Shown: positions 30,768 to 43,080 of the stretch, piece after piece
How positions within the stretch are numbered: the first letter of the stretch is position 1
Layout: the number at the start of each line of letters is the position of its first letter
Assembly: GCF_009914755.1 (NCBI RefSeq)
Contig: NC_060942.1
Reading direction: 5' to 3' (one strand)
Length of the DNA stretch: 64,000 nucleotides
From: the human T2T-CHM13v2.0 reference genome, Homo sapiens
Translations under genes and position numbers: made by a program
Notes under the pieces: model-generated
Seen by the model: only the letters and a program-made list of their open reading frames with translations
Databases searched by the model: none
Told to the model about the DNA's origin: nothing

Positions 30768-31290
30768 GTGTGAAGTTGGAGGACTCAGAGACTCAGATAC
30801 AAGGGTGAGTGGAGTAGCATCAAATATCCTGCCATGGCCACCACTGTTTTAGAAAGACTTCTACAGATTCTTGAAATTAAGTTTTTCATATTCTAAACCC
30901 TATATTGTATATTTTCATCATAAGTTGGATGGAAAACTTCACAAAGGTACAGATATGTCATTTTTACTGCTGTATAATCAGACTCTGGCACATAATTGCT
31001 CAATAATAATTTTTAATGAATGAATGATAAATCAACAGTGATGCAAGTAATTAGAAGAAAAGTCTATAAATGAAAAGCTGCTGATAAACTGCCTGGTCAA
31101 CACAATTAAGAGGTTTGAATTATAAACAAGAATACAGCAGCATAAAAATATGGAGTCAAAGTTCATCTTTTGACTTCAATTTATTCCACTGCTTACACAT
31201 TCTGTCAGAACCATAGAGCCACAGTTTAACTCCTAACTTGGTGTACTCCAGCAATGGACAGACCAGACCACTTTCCTTATGGGCTTAAAC

Positions 31291-31500
31291 CTGAGTTTCC
31301 CAGCCTTGTCACTGTTAACATCTGGGGCTGGATAGTTCTCTGTTGTGGGGGTGCCACCTTGTGCATTACGGAGCACTGAGAAGCATCCCACTAGATGCCA
31401 GTAGCAAATCCTCCTCATGACAGTTGTGACAACCAAAACTGTGCCCAGACATTGCCAAATGTTCGGGGCAGGGGTGCAAGTTGCTGCCCCACTCATCTCT
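31291..31500 (-). mobile_element. MER20 hAT DNA transposon
   Basis: cccactagatgccagtagc...gttgtgacaaccaaaactgtgcccagacattgccaaatg. Confidence 0.85.
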
Positions 31501-33464
31501 AATCTGAAGCAGCTGGGCAAAGCATCCTAATCTATGGGAAAAAAATTAGCAGGAAAAATAGGTCAATGACAATAAATTAGAGCTTCAAGGGTACTCAGCT
31601 GCAGACAGACGGTGGTGATGGTCACACAACATTGTGAATATACTTAATGCCACTGAACTGTACACTTAAACATAGTGAAAATGTTGAATCATTATGTGTA
31701 TTTTACCACAATTTTTTTTTACACTTTGACTCTTTAGACAAGATGACTAATTAGTGGTAGCAATATTACCAGTAGATAATTATATGCATTATACTTTATG
31801 CTGAAACATTTTGTGTGTGTACAATATAACCATAACTGAGCAACTGAAAGCAAGATAAAGATAAAAATAAAAAATTATTAGGAGACCCAAAAACCAGCAT
31901 TATAAGAACTAAAATGGCCAGCTAAAAGAAGAAGTAATCAAACTCTACCTCTACTAAGAAGCTTTGGTGGCTCCAGAAGGGTATCCTCAGACACTCTTAG
32001 CTCTCTGGTTTTGCCAGATGTGTGCACAGCAGGCATTTAAGTTGCACTGAGTACACAAGGGCTCTGCATTCTCAAGGTGAACGAGTCTGAGTGCACCAAT
32101 ATGCAAGGACAATAGTCCTAGTGGTTTTGTGAGACTATAGCTTCTTGACATGAGGAACCATGTTTGATTAGGACCTTGCTATAATGTCTTCATATGTTCA
32201 GTACCATCCTTAGACCTGAGCAAGAGGGATCCCTTCCCTGACACTGTGTTGCAGAGGGCATTAAATATCACAAAATATAAATTATTAAAGAATACATGGT
32301 GTGCCTCCATCCTTGGGATCAACATTCAGTGCTGTCACAGCATGACCTGAAATGCTCAACGCCGCTCTGGTGACTAACACCTTCAGGCCTCAGAGAAACG
32401 CTTCTCCACACCTTGTCCTGTGTTTCTGAAATAAGACAACAGTGCCCAGCTGCCTTGAGGTTCATGGGTTGTAACACTGCCAGCACTGGAGAAATGATGC
32501 TTTGGAGTGTGGGGAAGAATCAGACAGCAAAGAGGCTTAGGTAAAAGGGAGGACAAACTCATTATCCTTCCTTTCAGATAGCACATGCAAAAGATTCTTA
32601 CATAATGGATTATCATTTTCCAATTAGGCCAAGCATCCAAGTCCTTGCTTCTCCACGTGCTCTTGTCGTGGTTCCAGGGGTACTAAGTATTTGCAACCTC
32701 TGCAACATGACAGAGGAGGAATGCTTTGCAATACTGAACAATTCATACTACTCTTATGTGTTTACACATATGTGCAGGTATAACATGCCCAAACCAAGAT
32801 AGTGATTCCATATATTGGCAGCTGGATAGAAACTGAATAGAATTGCAACTATCTTTATTTTTAAAATAGTAAATGTTTAACAATGTTTTTAATTAAAAAT
32901 ATGAGATTTAAATAATTTGATAAAATATACTTTAAACAGATGTAGGGTTACATTCTCTTGCCCTGGCCCTCCAAATGTCAGGGTGGGCTTGGAAATACTG
33001 AGACGGTAGAGTGTGTTACTCTTTGAAAAGCTCACATGCTCCCCTGTCTTCCTCTCACTCATGAATGCTAAGTCAGGGCCTTGCCCAGAGGGAGTACTCA
33101 TCATCAAGGTGGGTGATAGATAGTAGATACAAACTCAGTTGGAAAATGAAATTTAAATTAAAAACCATGGAAACAAGGAGAGTTTTCCCTGACACTAGAG
33201 GGCAGGAGTCAAGCAGTCAAAAAGGGAGGTGGGGCCAGGAGAGAGAAGGCCTGGCCTGCACAGAGGTGCTCCAGGCAGAGCATGCAGAAGCTACCTCATC
33301 ACCAAGTTTTGCATCCCCTGAAAGCCTGATCCACTCTAAAAACAGTCTTGTGCTAAGAGTTGGCACACCTAGATACCTTGTACCCATCATGGCTCTGGGG
33401 AGAAAAAGGTATAAGATGTTATTCCCCCAAGAAGTTTATCATCTTGTTTACTTCAATATGAAAC

Positions 33465-34485
33465 ATCTTACATTATGCCAGGTGAAATAAGCCAGACACA
33501 AAAGGACAAATACTGTATGATTCCACTTCTGTGAGGTACCTGGGATCGTCAAACTCAGAGACAGAGTAGAAAGGAGGTTTCCAGGTGCTGTGGGGAGAGA
33601 AGAGATTGGGAAGTTGGTGTTTAATGGGGACCAAGTTTCAGTTGTAAAAGAGGAAGAGTTCTGAAGGAGAGTGGTGATGGTTACACAATGTAAATACCAC
33701 TGAGTTGCTGCTGACTGCCACACAATGAGATACCATCTCACACCAGTTAGAATGGCGATCATTAAAAAGTCAGGAAACAACAGGTGCTGGAGAGGATGTG
33801 GAGAAATAGGAACACTTTTACACTGCTGGTGGGACTGTAAACTAGTTCGACCATTGTGGAAGTCAGTGTGGCGATTCCTCAGGGATCTAGAACTAGAAAT
33901 ACCTTTTGACCCAGCCATCCCATTACTGGGTATATACCAAAAGGACTATAAATCATGCTGCTATAAAGACACATGCAAACGTATGTTTACTGCGGCACTA
34001 TTCACAATAGCAAAGACTTGGAACCAACCCAAATGTCCAACAATGATAGACTGGATTAAGAAAATGTGGCACATATACACCATGGAATACTATGCAGCCA
34101 TAAAAAATGATGAGTTCATGTCCTTTGTAGGGACATGGATGAAATTGGAAATCATCATTCTCAGTAAACTATCACAAGGACAAAAAACCAAACACCGCAT
34201 GTTCTCACTCATAGATAGGAATTGAACAATGAGAACACATGGACACGGGAAGGGGAACATCACACTCTGGGGACTGTTGTGGGGTGGGGGGAGGGGGGAG
34301 GGATAGCATTAGGAGATATAACTAATGCTAATTGATGAGTTAATGGGTACAGCACACCAGCATGGCACATGTATACATATGTAACTAACCTGCACATTGT
34401 GCACATGTACCCTAAAACTTAAAGTATAATAAAAAAAAAAAGGTTAGCATGGTAAATTTTACGCTACATATATTTTACCACAATA
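33465..34485 (+). mobile_element. L1MB 3'UTR fragment interrupted by a young L1PA
   Basis: gtgaaataagccagacacaaaaggacaaatactgtatgattccact on the left, resuming ggttagcatggtaaatttt...ttttaccacaat after 34441. Confidence 0.85.
33721..34441 (+). mobile_element. 5'-truncated young L1PA (about PA2-PA3)
   Basis: ORF 33725..34225 is the L1 ORF2 C-terminus. 3'UTR gtaactaacctgcacattgtg...aaagtataat followed by A11. Confidence 0.97.
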
Positions 34486-35969
34486 GATATGAATGAATGA
34501 ATGAGTGAAAACCAGAGTGAAAAAACTTTTTAGAGGCACGGAGAGAAGCTTGACTGTCTTCAAGAGGGGACAAGTTAGCAAGCAGGCGGAAGGTCCTATC
34601 ATAAGTCAGAGGTTAGGAATATCATTGTCTTCCTGGAAGATAATCTAACTGATGTTAATCCTTTGCTGATGCAGTGAAACCCACACTATTGAACTTCAGG
34701 GGGAGGGAGGATGCACGAGGTTGGTTGGAAGAGGCTGCTGGGGCAGATTTTCCAGCCAGCATAGTACACCATGGATAATTTCAGCTTCAGAGGAGACTCT
34801 CTGCATTCAAAGTGTGGCCACGTAATTTCTGTGCTCCTGCCTCTAGTCCACAGCTCTGCCAAGTCACTCATAATGATAGCTCAGAGCCAGCCATGGACAA
34901 GCCACTGCCCATGAGCAACCTGGACAGACTCAGATGTTCAGAGCCCATTATTTCTCGAGAACTGCTAATCTCTAGAGCCAGGCTTCCCTTCCAATTACAT
35001 GCTGCCTGGCCTTGTAGCAGGGGAAGGAGGAGATGGGGTCTGGGCAGCTGCCACAGTTAGTCATGCAGGGCCAAATTCGTTTTCAGCAGGGTGGGCGAGC
35101 ATCTGCTCTGTTTTAGCAACATGGCAGATCATTCCTCACTACCTCCGTGCAACTTTTTAAAAACACCCACCCACTAGAAAAGATCAACTGAAACGAAATC
35201 TGCTGGAGTAGAGTAGAAGATACACCATTCAAGTGGGTGGACTAATTTCATTTTTTTTTCCTGGGGGTGGGGTGGGAAGTTATTCAACATGGTAAACATA
35301 ATTCCATCTGTTGGGAGTTGTGCTTCTCATCTCAAAAGCAAGAGGTGGCTAGCGAAAGCTGCCTACTAGGAAGAGGAATGTGAGGGGTGCACACCTCAGT
35401 ACAGACATTTTCTAATAAGCTCATGTTCTGGGTTTACCAAGTGATATGCTTAAGTTGATACAAAACAGAAGTTAGTGGTAGGATGTTCAATCAACAAGTT
35501 AATCACCAACCATCTAGAAAAGGAGACAAGACCAAGAATAGGCAGGAAATGATCAGAGGATATGGTACACACTTTTAGTGCTGTTGCCATTCAGAGAGGA
35601 AACAGTATCTCCAACCCAAACCTTTTCTCCAAGCAATGTCTGTTCTGCAGCCCAAACTCAATCCATCCCAAAGCCAACCCTTAATTTGTTACCAACCATT
35701 TTCTTCCAAACCTATTTTTCTCCCAGTCGTCTCCCCCACCGTAAAGCCTGCATGAACTACCTCTGCCTGCATCCTCAGTCTGAAGCCACCCAACAGTCCT
35801 CTTCCCCGACAGCTCCCAGATGCACTGGCCTCCTTCCCTTTCCTGGAACACAAGAAGGTCTCAGGGCTTTGGCACACACAGTTCCTGCCTGGGACACCCT
35901 ACTCTTGGTCACCGCACCCTGAATCTTCCATGGCCAGCTCCTTCCCAAAACCCCCTCTCCTCAAGAGGA

Positions 35970-36075
35970 GTCCCAGCTACTCCAGGGGCTGAGGCAGGAA
36001 GAGGATCACTTGAACCCAGGAGTTTCAGGCCCACCTGGGCAACACAGCAAGATCTCATCTCTTTAAAAATAAAAA
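35970..36075 (+). mobile_element. Alu monomer (FLAM-like)
   Basis: gtcccagctactc...ggatcacttgaacccaggagtt...ctgggcaacacagcaagatctcatctct. Confidence 0.8.
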
Positions 36076-36429
36076 GAGTGGGTTCCTTTTCTCTCCTATA
36101 CCTCATGCACTCACTTCCATGCCTACTGCCATTTATCATAATACTTTGTCTCCCTTTTGTGTTCATGTTCACTGCCCCCCTTTAGCACTGAGCTATCTGA
36201 AACAGCAGGGCCACAACCGTTTACCCATCTGCCCCCTGGGACCTGGCACAGCATATAGGGTGAGCATCCATTATTTGTGAAATGCACCAGTTGCAGAGGC
36301 AGTGGTCACAAAAGGCTCATGAGAAGGTAAACTAAATCAGACATATTAGGAGGAATAGAATTTCATAGTTACTACCTTGTCTTCCACTTGAAAGAAACAG
36401 CCTGAAGGTCAAAAAATAAAAAATGCTCA

Positions 36430-36650
36430 CTACAGCAGCTAACACATAGGGAGCACTTATGTGCCAGGCACTGTTTTAAGTACTTGCCACATATTAACCC
36501 ATCTTATTCTCAAAACAGCCCTAGATAAACTAGCACTCCCATTTTATAGATGAAGTAACAAGCACAGAAAGATTGTGAACTGATATAAGGTCACAAAACT
36601 AGTGATGGCTGAGCCAGGATCCCAACCCAGGCAGGCTGGCTCCAACCACT
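36430..36650 (-). mobile_element. MIR
   Basis: tatgtgccaggcactgttttaag...cccattttatagatgaag...aaggtcacaaaactagt. Confidence 0.8.
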
Positions 36651-36993
36651 GTGCCCTGCAGGGACCCTTGTAGCAGCTCCTCTCCCTCACTTCCCAGTGA
36701 GGTCTCAACCTCCTGTTCCCTCCACTCCACTGAAGATTCCTGCCTTGATCACCAATGATCTCTCAGCTGCTAACCCCAATAAACACTTATTTTTTGTGTG
36801 ACATCCATAGAGCAGCTTCCTGGCTTAGCACTTTCACATACATCAATAGCAACAAGAAAGAATCCAAGGGCTCAAGAGCTCCAATGTCCAGGGAAAACTC
36901 CAGCCCACAATGTACTATCTACTCCTGTTCCTTGCACACCTGAGCTCCCTGCCCCACCTCACCCCCGCCCCCCTGCCCCGGACTCACTCTTAC

Positions 36994-37104
36994 CGTTTCA
37001 TCCTCCAGTCTGAGCTGTAGGCTCTTGTCTCCTTCTTTGTAGTCCTTGGTTAACTCAGCTGAGCGCCATACCTCATCAGGGTCAGGGATCCAGACCCTTG
37101 TGCA
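36994..37104 (-). CDS. MYO5B: Myosin-Vb coding exon 2 (111 nt, phase 0/0): [37 protein letters not shown]
   Basis: Minus strand reads ttctgttttaatctttcag|TGCACAAGG...GAAACG|gtaaga. The translation matches the N-terminal SH3-like segment of myosin-Vb as I recall it. Confidence 0.97.
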
Positions 37105-37649
37105 CTGAAAGATTAAAACAGAAGAAACTTAGATACAGAACAAAGCTCTCAGATTTCTAAATGTGTGTCACTACCTAGAAAGTGCCCATCAGGAGAACTT
37201 CTAAAGCTATCTGCACACATCTCCCCACCTTCTCATTTCAGGACACAACGTGATCCGATATCATGATAACAGGGGAACAACTCACAGGACTGGTAGCAGA
37301 GGGCACCTTTTAGATGTTAAAAGAACGTTGCAGATCAATGAAATTAAAATTCTACCCAAGAGACTGTTGAGCCTGCATTTGTTTATATACACTAGATATT
37401 GCACCATTATCTCAAAGGGTGTTACAAAATAGCAATGTCAGAGGGAGTTATTTAGCAGGCTACAAACAAAACAACACAGGGAAAAGCCAAGACAGTATAG
37501 CAAATGTTCAAAGCTTGGGAATCTCTGCTGATATTCTGCATTCAGAGAAAAAGTCATTTTCCTGCAGAAGTGAAAGAAAGTGGTCGGCAAATGGAAAGTG
37601 TATTTAAGTATCCTCAAGTTGTCAGCCACTTGAATTTATCTGTCCACTC

Positions 37650-37800
37650 TTTTTCTTTTTTCGGATGGGGTCTCACTCTGTTACCCAGGCTAGCATGCAG
37701 TGGTGTGATCACAGGTCACTGCAGCCTCCAACTCCTGTGATCCTCCCGTCTCAGCCTCCCAAAGTGTTGGGATGACAGACAGGAACCACTATGCCAGGCC
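37650..37800 (-). mobile_element. Alu monomer (FRAM/FAM-like)
   Basis: ggggtctcactctgttacccaggct...cctcccaaagtgttggga...ccaggcc. Confidence 0.85.
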
Positions 37801-39910
37801 TATTTGTCCATTCTTTAAGCCATAAACCCAAAACTTTCACTCACCTTCACCAAGTAGCTATCCTGATTTGCAGACAAAGTCACTGAATGGGGCCAAGTTC
37901 TGGCAGGAAAGAACACAGCCCTTGGTAAAGTAGTGATACAGGATTAACTGTCTGACTTGCCCAGCACATTCTCAACATAACTAGGAGGTTCCCAGCCCTA
38001 CTTGCAGTCAGAATCACCTGGGGAGCCTGGAAAATATCAATTCTTGGCTGTACCTCAGACCAACTCAGTCAGGATCTGAGGTGACATAAAAGCTCCCAGA
38101 GACACTAATGAGTGCTGAATGGCAGCATCTGGATCTCCTGGGATCCTACTGCACAGCTGTCAGAACAATTTCTGCATTTTCATCTCATAGGTAGGCAACT
38201 TCCACAGGGCCTATTTTCTGTAGAAGCCGTCAGTACACACACATACATCTGGCTTCTTTGGCCATAGAATATTATCAGGAAACCTGAAACAACTGGTTCT
38301 TTTGACCAAAAGCTCAACCAGAACATGTGCTTGGGTCAGTATCATCCACTTCACTCCTGGAGTGACAGCTGAGCACAGACCCTGGGCCAGTCTGTCACCT
38401 GTGCACATGCGGCCAGCTGGCTTTACTTTGGTCCTGACTTTTTTTTTCAAAGCAGTGTTTTCCTCCAGGTAATCAGAGGCTTTTTTTTTTTTTTAAAGCA
38501 AGATCCTGACTCCTCCTACACTTGTCTCTAATATACTATGGAACAGTGAAAGTTGTAAGGCAACAGAATCAGAATACCAGTCAATGAGAAAGCAAACATC
38601 AACCACTTTGCATCCTTGACATCCCAACTCAGGGTACAAGCCAAAGTCATCTGTTTCATTACTAAGAAACAAATTCACAGAATCTTAACCTTCTCCCTGC
38701 TTCTTAAGCCTGCTGCCTTATGGCAAGATATTATCATATCTTTATAGTAAAATAATATAGAGCTTTAAAATAACAAAGAGCTTTATTGCATCTGAGAGCT
38801 CCAGAGTAAAATATAAGGAATGTTCTGAGGTACCTCCAGAGAAAACCTTCTGAGCATTTGCTGATCTTAACTGTCAACATTTCTTCTACCCCCAGGTGTC
38901 CTCACTTTCTCCACTATGGTTTAAGTCCACCATCCATCCAGCTGTGATGACCTTTAAAGCTGCTGTCCCTAAGCTTCAGGTGAGTGTCTGTCCTTCAGCC
39001 TCACCACAGCTCTCTTGTCACTGAGTTCCACTCCTGGGACTCCCCCTTCAGCCAGCATACCCAAGAAATTTTTACCTAAAGCAAAGTCTCCACTCCATGT
39101 AAATCATGCCAGGAATGGCTCAAGATAACAGAATGAGGAATAACCAGAAAGGAACAGGAAAATCCCAACAGGAACCGAACGGAGGTGATGTTGTGTAGAT
39201 CCTGGAAGCCAGGGAGCCTAGTCCCAGCTCAGCCAAGGACTCTGCTGGCCATCACCCTGTGGCCCATATGCCACTCGTGGGGTGGTTAGTTGCATCCAGC
39301 ACTGAAGAATCTCGTTGCCTGGCTTGATCTCAACTTTTATTCTAGGGGAGTTCATGTACCTTTCTAGTTATATAAATCTCTCCTCTCTAAAGAGACTGAG
39401 AGCACCTGGTAGGCATACAATTGGCTTCTCATATTGTCCCATACCCACAAAACCTATCACAACATAAGGGGCACAGTGGGACCCCAATGGTACTTTAGCT
39501 CCTTGCTCCTCCAGGTGAGGACCTCAGCATCGTCATCACCTAGGAGCAGGTTAGAAGCATAGAATTTCAGCTTCCCCCAGACTCACCACATCAGAATCCT
39601 CATACTAACTACTTACTCTTCCATTCCTGCAACATCATCTCACTCTCCCCTGCCTTTGAGAATATGTCAGCAAACTGCAGCTATGGGACAAATCTAGCAC
39701 ACTGCCTGTGTTGCCTGTTTTTCTATAGCCCATGAGTTAAGAATGGTTGAAAAAAGCTCAGAAGAAGGATATTCACATAACATGAAAAAAATCACATGAA
39801 AGTCAAATACTGATGTCCATAAATCAAGTTTCCTAGGAACACAGCCATATTCATTCATTCATTGATGTATTATCTATTTAATACTTTCACATTTTAATGC
39901 TAGAATTGAA

Positions 39911-40207
39911 GGCCAGGTGCAGTGGCTCATGCCTATCATTCCAGCACTTTGGGAGCCGAGGCAGGTAGATCATTTGAGGATAGGAGTTTGAGACTGGCCT
40001 GGGCAATATAGCAAGACCCTGTCTCTACAAAACTTAAAAAAGAAAATTAGCCAGATGTGGTGGTACATGCTTGTAGTCCTAGCTATTCAGGAGGCTGAGG
40101 CATGAGGGTCCCTGGAGCCCAGAAGCTCAAGGTTACAGTGAGCTACAATTGTGCCACTGCACTCCAGCCTGGACAACAAAATGAGACTCTGTCTCAAAAA
40201 ACAAAAA
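39911..40207 (+). mobile_element. AluJ
   Basis: Diverged dimer with J-type right arm. Confidence 0.93.
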
Positions 40208-40232
40208 GTAATGACAGAGACCCTATGGTTCA

Positions 40233-40607
<375 letters not shown>

Positions 40608-42869
40608 TTATACTTACTATTTCCTCAGGCCACAGTGCCCTACCTTACTCGTCCATGTGGGCAGGGTCCAACTTCCAGCACCATCTCCTCACTGATCACT
40701 TCCTTCCCTGTTCCCTATAGAGTTAGCCCTACCCAACCATAAGCTGCCACTATAAATTCTTCTATGATTATCTTTCCTTCTGGTTTTGCAGTCATTTCTT
40801 TCACATCAGTTTCACCTCATTACAGCAAGATCTTCCAAATATACTGTTGGGCATCTTTGTATCCCTAGGATCTAGCACATCCTGGCACGGAACAGATGCT
40901 CACTAAATGTTCATGCTGAGTATAGGAATCAGTGAACAGAGAATGTGCATTCATGGGGCACCTGGTTTATACCTAAAACACATTGTGATAAGTACCATGT
41001 AACAAAGTATGAACATGGAGATGTAGCTCCTGAACCTAAGGGATGTATATTTAGTTGGGTCGATAACTCACATAAAAATATGCCCTAATGGGGTGATGTG
41101 ACCAACTCCTAAGGAGAGTAACATCTATCCAGTGGAGAGAAGGAAGACAGGGAGAGAGGGGAAAACAAGTTAATGCCGACTTTGGAAGAGAGAAAGTTGG
41201 TAGCCAAATTCTTCCATGATGTTGAAAAGGATTTTGTATATGCAGATCTGATCAAGCAAGCTTTAGATGCAAATCTAGTAAATATTGGGCACAAGATATG
41301 TGTCCAGTCAATCTCCACAATAAAGACACGTGGAACACATTGAGATTATAGCAGTTCATTGTTAAATCAGAATGAAGTGAACCCCCTGTTCTGTGCAGGA
41401 TGGTTCACAGCTGCCAGCTGCCACCTCCCCACTCTGCCTCCTCACTTTTATCTTACTTTATGGATTCTCAGTTTAAAGTGTCTATAAATTACTGAGCAGG
41501 GCTGTTTACCCAATGTCATCCATACTGCATATAATGAGAAATTTATAGATCTTCCAAGGGTAATTTTAACCATAATCAAATTTTGCCTCATATGCTGGCT
41601 TTGCGAGATGCATTGCTTCTGTAATCAAGTACAAAGCAGTATATGATGAGTATAAAATATATGGCCAAGAAACAGACACATGAACTAAGAAGGGAGAGAC
41701 AAGACCACAGTAGCTGGGAACGACTTGAGGAAGGCAGACATGACCTGAGGTTTGGAGACAGAAAGGATTCGGAGGGGAAGGGTTTCTTTTTGGAGCGATG
41801 AAAGTGTTTTGGTAACCAGACAGAGATGGTGGTTGCAAACACTGAATGTACTAAAAGCCAAATTGTTCACTTTAAAATGGTTAGTTTTATATTATGTAAA
41901 TTTTTTCTCAGTTTAAACACACACACACTGTTCTGGTTGTAGAGATTGCAAACAGTATCTTGTACATGCTCTCTCCTGGCATCGGTTCACATTACTAGTC
42001 TATGAAAAAGCAGTAAAATATTTTCACAGAAGGCCATTATTTTATGAGCCAGACAAACTCTCTAGAACCAAAGATCTGTGTTGCCTCTTAATTTTTTCTC
42101 ACCTTCAAGGAATGTCTTCAAACAAATCTGACCACTACCAGATTTACTATAAGCCAACAGACTATAAGACAGACAAACTCACTCATACAACCCAATTACC
42201 ATACCACTCAATTTGTCACTATCCTATTTTAACAACACTTAATTCCTTCATATCAAAGTAAATAAAATAGCAAGTCTGACCCAATTATCAAAGAAAAGCT
42301 TGTGATTTTTGGAAAGTTCTTTTGAAAAGAGCCCCACATATTTCCTAGAGAAGGCAGATGCCTACATCAAATGTAAATGCATTAGTACCAAGCTATTCTC
42401 CAACAACCTGTTCCTTTATTCCACTGCAGGGCCAGCTCCAGCAGCTGTTCTCCTACATACACAGCTGGAGGGGGTGGCCAACTATGACAAGAGCCTGAAT
42501 CCTGACTACATATTAGAACCACCTAGGGAGCTTTCACAAATTCCCATTGCCAGGCAACACCCCATCCTACTTTTATCAACCTCTAGGGGTGGGAACCAGG
42601 TAGTGTTTTCTGAAGCTCCCCAGATGAATTCAATATGCAAGCAAGTTTGAAAATGTAATTCCATGTGGCTGACTGGGTAACAGATTTGAAGGGTATCACA
42701 GACCCTCATGTGCTGCAGGCCTCTCCCTACCAGTGTGTGGTTAAACATTAAACTCCAGCCTGCAGATTATTTCCCCAGAGCTAAAGAACTCTTTCCCAAA
42801 GAGCCCCAGCTAAAATGTAAATACAATGTCCAGAAGAGCACAGCATTTATCCATATATATGAATTATCA

Positions 42870-43080
42870 GGCTGTAGCACTGTGGTCAAGTGTGCGGGCT
42901 CTAGAGTCAAACAGCTTCGGAGAGGAATTCTAACCACCATTTATTAGCTTGTGTAAGTTGATGAATGGGTCTGAGCCCCAGTTTCCTTAGCTGAACAACA
43001 GGTAAAAGTTCTACCTACCTCGTGAAGTGTTCTAAGAATTAAATGAGAGCCCACTATCACAGCACATAAGTATTAGGCAA
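42870..43080 (+). mobile_element. MIR
   Basis: ggctctagagtcaaacag...ctgagccccagtttcctt...aagaattaaatgaga. Confidence 0.75.

Noticed and set aside
41173-41343. Short protein-like ORF (MPTLEERKLVAKFFHDVEKDF...) faintly resembling myosin-V LVADLFHDD
   Set aside because: Only a few residues match, it is on the opposite strand to MYO5B, and the similarity does not extend.
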